A stretch of DNA of 64,000 bases from Octopus sinensis (taxonomy: Eukaryota). The notes beneath the pieces are model-generated. The model made no database searches. It saw only the letters and a program-made list of their open reading frames with translations, and had not been told where the DNA came from. Position numbers and translations under genes: made by a program. The stretch lies in NCBI RefSeq assembly GCF_006345805.1, contig NC_043002.1, forward strand, positions 55,056,001 to 55,120,000, written 5' to 3'. Positions 41,301-53,300 of this stretch are shown here, in pieces; position 1 is the stretch's first letter; every line of letters starts with the position of its first letter.

Positions 41301-44300
41301 TTTGAGCACACCTCAAATGCGATGGTCTCTTTTTTCTGCCCAGGATCACCTTTTGTCTTTGAGATAAATTTCAAGAAATTTACTTGTTTAAAAGTCTCCA
41401 GTTTTTCCATGAAACATATTTTAATTACTTCATTTTTGTATTTGGTTTGAAAGATTCTTCATGTGAATATGTGTGTTGAAACAAATCTTGTGTCTTATGA
41501 AGGTCATTACACCCAATGATTATAAACACACACACTGGTTCAATTCCACTTCTTTATTGTCTGTCAATTGAATAAAATCCAAACAACTAACTAATCAATC
41601 TTTGATTAATGTGCTGGTTAAACAATTAATCTTGAGATGGCATGTCATTGATGAGGTTGCAAATAACAATGAAAGGACTTAAACAAACAAGCAACCAGCA
41701 CATTAAACAAACGATCAATTGGTTGGTTAGTTATTTAACCAATTGACTAACAAAAAGAAGTGATATTGAACCAGTGTGTGTGTTTATAATTATTGGCATA
41801 ATTATCCTCCCAAGACACAACAATATTTTAATTACCATTTATTTATTGCTAATTTGAGCTCTTAATGTTTACAAAAACATGTGTGCATGTGCGGACATAA
41901 AAGAAATATGGTTTGCTTTCTTTTTCTTTTATTAATTTTTTTTTCCTGTCCTAACTCTTATTGCTATGACTTTGAGTTTAGTGTAACATTGAGCTTCTGT
42001 TTTTCTATTCTTTAGGAAGAAGCATCATATCAGCACAAAGGAAGAACTGGAGCTGAAAGTGTCTTACAACAAGGAAAGTAACAAAGAAGTGCCCAATGGA
42101 GAGGATGCATTCAGCTCCCCTGATACAGTATGTAAATACTGTAACATTGATTTTAAATACTTCCGCCATCTTAAGCACCATCTACGGAAACATCGTAGCA
42201 GTGAGGAAAAACCATTCCGCTGTAAGGAATGTCAAATGGGTTTCTCAACAAAAGCGAACTGTATGCGCCATATTCAAAACAAACACATTGATATTGATCA
42301 TGCTAATATTGAGAACTATATCATAGTAAGTGGTCTAAATTACTGTGCAATAGTGATGACCGGTCTTGTTGGGTGGCACCAAAACCATTTACTACTACTA
42401 CTACTACTGCTATTACTACTGTCCTATGGCACTGATTCTCTTTGATAAAATTTCAATAGCTCATTCCTCACCAGCTTATCCGTCTTGTGGATCAATGTCC
42501 AAATTAAAGGACTGAGGCTGATATCTAAATGTGATGCTAAACAAATATCACAGTCACACATACACATGTGTGTGTATGTGTGAATGCTGCACACACTTGT
42601 GTGTATTTTGTATGAAGGGAAATGGAAGCTGAGCCTTTCCTTCGTAGCATTGAGCTAATTTCAAAATATTCTGGCATGAAATTTAAGTGTTCTAAGGGAT
42701 TTTCAAAATGGGATGTTGTGATGATGCTTTTTTTCCTAACTGTGGGGAGTTGGGGGTGGCTGCTTTCAGGGAAATTCTTCAAACCTCTCTATCTTCCTTG
42801 ATATTTTTGGTGATCGCCAGGGATCACCAATAATGTAAAGTAATTATCTCTTTTCATTGGGGGTGGCCATATGTTTGGGTTAAACTGTAAGTCAGGTTTC
42901 TCTGTGGTTGGTGCAAGGAACACATAAGTGTCTTGTCCAAGTGTTTGTATCATCTGTCTTTATGCTTGGAGTTGTAGACATGCATTAGGGATGTGGGGGC
43001 TGCTAGGCAGTTGCAAGTATATATTGAAACTTTTTGCAGACATTTGCTGTTGTTTGAGGAGCACTGTGCTATGTTTATTTCAATAATAATAATAATAATG
43101 ATGGTTTAAAATTTTGGCTCAAGGCCAGCAATTTTGAGGGATGGGAGTAAGTTGATTACATTGACCCCAGTGTTCAACTGGTACTTATTTCATCGATCCC
43201 AATAAGATGAAAGGCAAAGTTGACCTCGGCAGAATTTGAATTCAGAATGTAAGGCTGGACAAAATGCCACTAAGCATTTCGCCTGGCATCCTAATGATTC
43301 TGCCAGCTCACCATCTTAATAATAATAAAGTTCTATATGTGAGAGATGAGGAATTATGTACATTATTTACATTTAATGGATATTTGTCTTCATCTTGTTT
43401 GTTGTTAACACAACATTTCGGCTGATATACCCTCCAGCCTTCATCAGGTGTCCTGGGGGAATTTCTAACCTGAGCTCTCATTTATAAGGTATTTTTCTGG
43501 TGGTGTTGTTGTTATTATTATTATTATTATTATTATCATTATTCAGGTCACTGCCTGGAATTGAACTTGGAATCTTAGGCTTAGTAGCCCACACTCTTAA
43601 CCATGGGCATATGGCATAATGGTTAAGAGTACAGGCTACTAACCCCAAGATTCTGAGTTTGATTCCAGGCAGTGACCTGAATAATTATAATAATAATAAC
43701 ATTGAAAAATACCTTAGGAATGAGAACCCAGGCTAGAATATTAATTAAATTTAATTAATCTCTGGTAATGTTTGAGAAATTTTAGATTTTTTTCCATAAA
43801 CAAATCAGAGATGGACATTTTGATTCCAGATTCATTTTCTCAGTTTAATTATCTAAATTGGTGAAACTCACATTTTCATTAACTGAAGTGGAAGAAGCAA
43901 AAAAATTCCAAAATTATAATTCTGTAAACAATTAAAGTATTCACTTATTTAAAATGTGACTTTTAAAATTTTATATTAAATTTTTAATTTGAATTTGATT
44001 TAATTTATGCTGCTGAAAATGTTCATTGCTTGGATTTGAAAGATTTGATAAAATGGTTTCCAAATTTGGCACCATGCCAGCAATTTCATGGTTGGTGGTT
44101 GGATGTCAACCAACCCCCACTGTTCCACTATTGCTTATTTTTATCAACCATGAAAAGATGAAAGGCAAAGTTGATGTTGGCAGAATTTCAACTCAGAATG
44201 GAAACAAGGACAAAATGCCTCTAAGCATTTTGCCTGAAATGCTAACGATTTTGCCAGCTCACCGCCATAATTTGATATAATGACTTAAGAGTTTCTTTTA

Positions 44301-47300
44301 GAATAATTAAAACAATTTCAATTTAACCGTATGTTTTAAATTATCATTGTCATAAACTGTGGATTTGAGAAGTTTTAATTTTATTTCAAATTTAAGTGAA
44401 CAAATTTTGTGAATTTGATTTTTTAAAAATTAAGAGAAAGACATTTTTTCCATTTTAAACATTGCATAGATGCAGAATGTATGTTTATCTGTCTGTTGTA
44501 CATAAATGTGTGCAAATGAAGTCTGCAGGAAATATCAGCACATTTTTTATATTCTCATTCCTTGAACTAAATACAAACAACTGTATTTCATTTGTTGTTG
44601 ACAAAAACTTGTGAATGTTTTAATACTGGGTGCTGACACACTTCATGACATGAACCAAGAAATTTAAATAATTAACTAAAATAACTGTTATCTCAATGAT
44701 TAATTTAAGAGAACCAATAACTACAGCTAATTCTTAATGAGGCACCAAAGCTAAAACCCTTTTTCTCAAGCCATTGTTATTAATTTCAGTTGCAAGGGTT
44801 GTCTCCCTTGCCTTTCGTGACCACAATTAGTCATTAATCTAATGATTGTTTCTCCTTGCCATAAATGGAGTTAGTTTAACGCATTCAGTATGTTAGCAGA
44901 AGAGGTATTCTTGGATATTTTCCTCCAGTTGTTCACACACACACTTCCTGCTGTTAGCACCCCTGCAGCCTTCCTAACTCATGCACCTTTCCCCCACTCA
45001 ATCTTTACAGATGTTGCCTACCATCCTCCTTCTCTCCCATCTCTTCCCCTGTACACTCTTGCAACCCCCATCCCACCCTTAACTGCTTCTGCAACCTGAA
45101 CACCTCATAACCACTGTCTATCTCTCCTTGGAAATGTCTCTAATTTTCACTCTCTCTCTCTCCTAAGTGTGAGCAACCATGTAGCTCCCCACCCCTGTAA
45201 CAAGAGCCTTCTCAACTTCTCCTCACATACCTTAACCCCCCCCCATCTAACATAATGACACCCCCTACATCTCTCTTTGGCTTTGTAGACTTGTAAGTAA
45301 CATGGTGACTTCAATAGCCCTGGTGGTACATAAAAATGCACCCAGTGCCATTCTGTAAAGTGGTTGGCTTTAGGAAGGGCAACCAGCCATAAAAACCTTG
45401 CCAAAACAAACAGAGGAGCCTGGTCCGTTCCCCCCAGCCTTGCCAGCTCCTGTCAAACTGTCCAACCCATGCCAGCATGGAAAATGGATGTTAAATGTTA
45501 TATATTTATGTTTGTGCGCACACACATACACACACACACACGAGATGTAATGATTCTTAGTGATGCATGTAAATGTTATTTTCCTTCATTGAACTCTCTG
45601 CCTTTTCTTCCGTTTCTAGGTCCAAGACCCTCTTCTCTCCAGCTTTGCTCATGGAAGGCTTTCTCCAAGATCTTTGTCTCTTTCCCCAATTCCTTCACCT
45701 GGCAACAACAGCAGCAACAACCATTCCTATTTGACCCCTGACTCTGATGTCAAACCACTCGATCTACGTTCCTCAAAGAATCATCCAGCCAGTGCTGCCT
45801 CCCCCAGCGCCAATAGTTCCATTCTTGATGACGATGGAAGCGATGAACCTATTGACCTTTCCGTTAAAAAATCCAAGAAATCTTCCAGAAAAGTAGGTGT
45901 AATATTTGCAATTCCTTTCTTTCTTCCTTCTTTCCTTCCAGTGGATGAGTAAGGTGGTGTCTGTGTGCAATGTTTTACTCAGATATGTTAAAGAAGAGGA
46001 TGCTGCAACATGTGCAGACAGGTAGAGCAGTTAGGGTTAGGTACTTTGCATCCTGCCGCCGCCCCTGTCTATAATGGATGGATTTCATTTATTTAATGAG
46101 CCATGCTGCCTTTGCTCCTCTCATTATTGATGTTCTTTGATTATCAATCTTGATGGTTATTACATTTGTGTGTGTGTATGTGTGAATGGCCTGGTAGATT
46201 GTTCCACTGATTTGTTAAGTGATTTCGGTGCCCCTGGAGTCCAGGGTAGGCATGGTCATTCTCTCTCTCTGCTCTCCTATCCTTTGACCTCAGTTGAACA
46301 TTGAGGGTGTGACAGCTGGAAAGAGAAGAGAGAGAGAGGGGGAAGGGATTGAGAGAGGGGGAAAGGGATAGAGAGAGAGGAAGGGAGAAAGTGAAGGAGA
46401 GAGAGAGAGAAAATTACACTAGTACTCAGTTGGTACTCATTTTCAGCTGAGTTGAACATGAAATGAAGTGCCTTGCTGAAGGATACAGTGCTGCACCTGG
46501 TTTGGGAATTGAAACCTGATCACTTATTTTCTTTGGTTTGATACTCTAACCACTGAGACACACACACACACACCACACATGTTAAAATAGCAGATTGCAC
46601 TGGAAAGAAAATTGTTTACCTTTACCATTTTATGAGATAAGTCAGCTGAGCCATGTACAATGAGATTTAATGTAAAATTTATGGATAAAACCAAATAAAT
46701 TCTGTCTCCTTTCAGACTTCGAAATCGACCGACCCTAGTTCACTGCGTGCTAAGTGCAACCTTGATTTTCAGCGTAACCTTGATCAGCAGTGGCACGTGA
46801 ACCAACCTCACAACAACATGGCATTGCCATCTGTCCAGCAGCAAGAGCATTTGTTAAAGAAAAGTCCTCAATATGTCTTACAAGAATCAAATAGAATTTC
46901 ATCACCTGTGGCTTTTGGTAAGAATTCTTTACCTCAACTTTGGTGCTTGAATACAATTTTAAGATTAGTTCACATCTAGGTGCAGGTATGGCTGTGTGGT
47001 AAGAAGCTTGCTTCCCAATCACATGGTTCTGGGTTCATTCCCATGGCGTGGCACCCTGAGCAAGTGTCTTCTATTGTAGCCTCAGGCCGACCAAAGCCTT
47101 GTGAGTGGATTTGGTAGACAGGCCCATTGTGTGTGTATATATATATGTGTGTGTGTGTGTGTCTTTGTTTGTCCCCACCACAGCTTGACAACCGGTGTTT
47201 ATGTGTTTACATCTCTGTGACTTAGCAGTTCAACAAAAAGATCTATAATATAAACATGAGACACAAAAAAGAAAAAAATAAGCCCTGGAGTTGATTCATT

Positions 47301-50300
47301 CAACTGAGGAAATTCTGCAAGTCATTGCCCCAGCATGGTCACAGTCTAATGACTGAAACAAGTAAAAGATATAAAAAAATGATAGCTGTTATTTGAACCT
47401 GTAAAGACTTTTCACTGTATTTTGTCGTGGAGAAGAAATAATTCTTGCTTTAGACAAAAGGATGTTGAAGCACCAGGCCAATAGAGGACTCAGAGTGCCC
47501 TCTATTGGCCTGATGAATGCATGCATTTGAAAGTGGGTTTTTTCTCTTCAGCACCAGACACCATATTTGAATTGGTGTGAAGTTTATATAGCTTCTGTCA
47601 CTGCTTTGTGCAGCTGCTCACAGAATGATTTCTGATTTTGGCACAAGGCTGGCAATTTTAAGAATGGGGGTAATTCAATACTAGACTAGTATTTTATGTT
47701 TTTGTCCTTGGAGGGATGAAAGGCAAAGTTGACCTTGGCAGGATTTGAACTCAGAATGTAAAGAGCTTGAACTAATGGTAGAAGGTATTTTTTTTGATGT
47801 CCCTAACATTTCTGCCAACTCCTCATTTGAGTGATATAAAAATAATAATTTCTGTAGACTAACCACAAGAGTGTTGTTTTTTTTAACTTTTCATCATTCT
47901 TGATTGAGATGAATCATGATCCAAGGTGTTGTAGCTGTGACCATTCTGTTTTTAAATTTCAATATCACCCAAAGATCTCCACTTAGCACTGTCTTTAACC
48001 CTTTTGCTGCCATATTTATGTTGAAGTAGACTGTTTTTGTTTCAGCTAATTTTTCTTCAAGAAAACATAAGATAGCTTTAAAAAACCCCAAAAAACTAAA
48101 AGCTCCCAACAAATTTAACATTGATTGAAATACTTAAATAATTTATTTAATTACTGTCTCTCATTCCAAGATTCAGATAATGGTGATCTGGCATCTGTGA
48201 AACAGATTCTTAGCACAGCAGGTGCAAATACTTTCAAAGAATACATGAACCCTGCAGAAGAAGACCTCACTCCTAGCCATGCTAATGGCCATGAAGATAT
48301 ACTGAGCCCAGATGAATACGATTCTGATTTGATTAATAAAATCAAAAGAGAACCACAAGACCCAGAAGAAAATGAGGACAATATAAACCTTGTATGTTTG
48401 CTTTGTCTTTATGTATTTCTTGTTTAGTTTTGTCTGTTCAATATTGTAGGATTGAGTGGTTGCTGGAATGACAAAGAACAGAGATGAAGATCCCAAATGG
48501 GACATAAAATATTATGCATGAGCAATGGCAATAAATGGGATAAATAGTTGCAAAAATCAGTTCAGCAAATTATGTAAAGTGATGTCAATGAATGAAAAGT
48601 AAAAGAGAAAGGATATTGTATTACTTTGTATTGGTTGTTTAATGACTCTATAATATTTTGGGGAAAAATTCCTCTTTTAAAATGGAAGAAAGAATACAAA
48701 ATTATCAGTCTTTAATTTTCATTATCATCATCATCTAATGTCTATTTTCCATGCTGGCATGGATTGGACAGTTTGACAGAAGCTGTCAAAGTCAGGAGCC
48801 ACACCACATCCCATAATCTACTTTGGCATGGTGTCTACAGCTGGATGCCCTTCTTAATGCCAACCAATTTCAGAGTGTACTGGGTGCTCTTTACATGGCA
48901 CCAGTTCCAGTGCTTTTTATGTGGCTGAGGAAAACCAAAGAATCTGCTGAATTGTTCCTCACGTTTTTTTGGTTTTTAGTTTTGAAGTTGTTAGTTGAAA
49001 AGAAAAAAAGACATGGCTTGTTTCAGTGCTTCTAGACTAAAGACTAAAGATAATTGATTAAAGTTGATATATAAAAATGAATTGTGGTTAGCTTTGATTA
49101 GAAACAGTGACTGAGTTGCAAGGAAATGTAGAGCTGTATGAAAGACCTTGGATGACTTAATCATGCTACAGAATTCTATCAGCATTGAAAGTGTAACAAA
49201 ATATTAAAAAATATTTATTTTGATTTGTTTGTTAATAAAGTTCCCTATTTTCTTTTTGATGAATTTCAATAACAAATATGTGTTCTTTAATTTCAGATTC
49301 TTGACGAATGCAATTCCACTAGTCTCATTGAATCTAAGGAGACTATTTCCCAAGAAACGGACCAATCCAAGCAAAAGTCCCTCAAAAAGAAACGCAATTC
49401 TTATGCAGATTCCCCTCACAAACTTAAGTGTCCCTACTGCCCACGTAATTTTCCTTGGGCTAGTTCATTGAAGCGCCACATTTTAACCCATACTGGTAAT
49501 TAAAATTTTCATTCCTGCCCGTCTTGTCTTAATTGGTCTTGCTGACAGAACTAAATGAGGCAATGAGTTTATGAAATTTACTAATGGCAAATTGGTCAAG
49601 ATATTTGATGGAATGTCAGCGAAGGACAATTTTTTTATTTTTTCAGCTATCTTTTTGACTCTCTTATTGGTTCTCTGCAAGGTTTTGGATTTCATTCTTC
49701 TGATTTTGATCTTTAAAAAAAAATGAAAAGAAAAATTGCACCAGAAATGTACTGAAGTTGATTCCAACAATGTTCTCCTTCCTTTGTAAAGATTCAAGAT
49801 TATACTTGAGTTTAATGATAATATTGTTTTGACCAGTGTTTGCAACATTAGAAATGGCCTTTATAAGGAAAGCGGCAAACTGACAGAACTGGGTAAAACG
49901 GCTCAGTGGCATTTTGTCTGTCTTTATGTTCTCACCTCAAATTATTCTACCAAGATTGTCTTTGCCTTTCATCTTTTTTGGGGTTAATAAAGTAAGTACT
50001 AATTGCACACTGGGGTTGACGTAATTGATTTACTCTGCCTTCCCTGACATTTCTGACTTGTGCCAAAATTTGAAAGCAACATTAGGAATGGTACGGCTGG
50101 GATAAAAGGTTTGAAGCGTTAAGTTTCAAACCTCCAAGCTTTGAGTTTAAATACTTCTGGGATCAATTTTGTTTACTTTTCTCCCCAGAGCCAATAAAAG
50201 GCATATGAGTCAAGTAACAAGCTGATCCAGAAGGGCAGGAGATGTTTTGGCATCGCTTACCTGACTTATTTGGCATGAGGACTTTTGAATGTTTCTCTCA

Positions 50301-53300
50301 TTCTCTCTGTTAGTCTGTTCAGCTTTATGTGTAGGAAGAGAAGGAAAGAGTTCATGTCATTTGTATTCAATTAATTAATAGCAATGTCTCTTTCTTCCCC
50401 ACTCTTTCTTTATCTCTTGTTGTGTATATTTCTGCATGTGTTTGCCTCCAGTGACAAAAAAATACTGTCACCAAAACCGGGTGAATGTTGGGTCAGCCAT
50501 GCCTAATCCTCTGCAACTGAACAGCAGTGCCCAATTGTCTCATTTTAGATTCAGTTGGCTATCAGCATTCCACCCCCATAAATTTGCAGTCAAGAACTAA
50601 TATACCAAAAATATGCTATTTCTTTGCAGGGGAGAAGCCATTTGAATGTCCCAAATGCCATGTCATATTTTCCACAAAATCCAACAGAGAGCGCCATCTA
50701 ACCAGAAAACATGGTGTTAACATGCTTGATCCTGCTGCTCGTCAGTCAATGGACCGTCCCCATAAATGTCACCATTGTGTCTTTAGTTCATTTGCCACAA
50801 AAGGTTTGTTATAAGCCATCTTTTTTTTTTTTTTGCAGTGGGAGGCTTAGCTTTACATTGTCCTTATGTTTTCATCATCATCATTTCCCTTGCTTGCATC
50901 GTTGAACAGAATTTTATTGATGCAGATTTTTCTGTGGCTGGATGCTCTTCCAATCACCAACCCTCACCTGTTTCTTCTATGGCCAGAGATATTTTTCATG
51001 GAAGACTGGAAATGAACAACACCGCTTGTGCAACAGTCATGCTCATTTACAATCATCACATGACGTCAAGACAAGAAGGGAGACACTTGCACATACATAC
51101 ATTAACACATGGAAGGCTTCTTTCAGTTTCCATCTACCACTAGAATAGAGACATTCTGGAGTTGTTGCCAAATACCACCTATATATAGGGCTTACTGAGA
51201 AAGTTGAATCGTGTTGGATAATTGACCAATCATGTGAAATGACAGTGGTTTCCTCATGGCTATTTGGTTTTAATTCATTACTCATACTTTATCAGATATG
51301 TTTAGCTCAGTAATCAGATCAACATTTCACTCCTATACCCATACAGCTGTGTTATGACTATTATCCAAGCAGGGTTTGGCTATATTGTCATTGGTGTAAA
51401 TTGTAGGATACTAAAATAATCATTAACTTAATTACTGATATTTCAAATACATTTCACATATTTTGAGTGGTTATGAACAAGTTGTTACAGATTCAATTAT
51501 CTCCAGTTGTTAACAAGCTTGTAATGACTGAAGAAAGAGGGTCAGCATAACAATTTGTTATATAACCACTTGAAACATATGTATTAAATGCATTTGGAAC
51601 TTCAGTTATTGGTTTTGTTATTATTCTAATTAATTAATTTATCCATTTTCTGTTGTTTTAAAATTGTATTCAACCACTGAACTAGAATCTGTTTCTTTTA
51701 TTCCCCACAGAAAATCTTCGTCGCCATTATCACGAACGTCATCCTAACGATCCAATACCCGAGAATGTCGGATACGATCCTGATGAGAAAATACTGAACC
51801 TGTCTTCCCCTTCGACCGATCTACTGAATAATAATGATAATAATAATAATGATAATAATAGAGTGAACAGTTACAATGAGACGTTTCACTCAACATCACA
51901 GGTAACAGCCATGTCTACTTTTTATCTTTAGCGTTTTGTTAAAAAGAGAACATCATTGTAAGGTTTTTTAGGTTAGCCATACTGGAGCAATGGAGTAAAG
52001 TAGTAGACGAACTTTTATTACTAACAAAGAATCACAAAGCCGGAACTTTCCCAGAAAATAGGGAAATGATGGTTTTGTAAATTTTGTAGATATTGGTTTT
52101 CAATGGCACCCCCATGATTAATAGATTTGGTGTGATGGGAATAATCTGGTACTTATTTTATTTATCTCACAAGAATGAAAGGAGAAGTTGGTTTTGGTGG
52201 GATTTGAACTAGGAAACGTCAAAGATCTTAACTAAACATAACAAACCATTTTATTCAAGGAACCATCAGTTCTATCCAAAGATATATTTCTGTAGATCTC
52301 GGTTTCAAATTGTGGTGCAATGCCTGAAACTTTTGAGAAAGGGGTTAGTCAATTGCGTTGACCCCAGTACACAACTGGTACTTATTTTATTGGCCACGAA
52401 AGGATGAAGTTCAGAGTTGACTTTGATTGAATTTGAACTCAGAATGTAAAGACGGATGGAATGCTGCCAAGCATTTCGTCTGGCAATGCTAATGGTTCTG
52501 CCATCTGACCACCCTCACCAATTCAAGTTTTGTGGAATGATATCTGTTGTGAATCAAAGCCTGCTCTCTTCAAAAGTGCACTTATCTGTCTTTTGTCCCC
52601 AGCTTTCTTTTATGGGTCAGAGAATATTTATTGAAGCATTATTTTACAGTTGGATGCTCTTCCTGTCACTAACCCTCACCTGTCTTTCAAGTAAAAGGTC
52701 TCTTATCTTGCACATTGTTGATGGGGTACACTTCAGGCTTCTTTCAGTTTCCGTCTACCAAATCTGTTCACAGGTCTTTGGTTGGCTCAGAGCTATAGTA
52801 GAAAACACTTGCTCAAGGTACCACATGGTGAGATTGAACCCTGACACCATGACCATAGAGCCATGTCTGTGCCTTAAAAAGGTTATGCATATTACTGTTC
52901 TACATGATAGTAGTTGTTGTGGTGGTAATGATAATAATAACAATAATAGTAATAATTTACACCATAAAACCACTGAAAAAACATGAAATGTCAAGGTTAT
53001 GTTTAGACAGTTTACCATTCTTAATGATGTTGGCATTTTTTTCATTCTCATTTTTTCATTTTCTTTTATGATTTCAGAATAACGGAGAAGATTTCGATGG
53101 TGGTCTAAATGTTAGCAACATCAACTATGAAATTGACAAACAAGGAATGGATGATGAAGACCTGGTCAATGATGAAAATGGTGAAGAAATGCTTCCAGAC
53201 AATCGCCATTGGTCACCAACAACTGCAAAACTGCCGATCATGAAGTTAGAAGAAAGTGCAGAAATCAACCACTCCTTGTTAGTAAAACACCGAAAAGACC

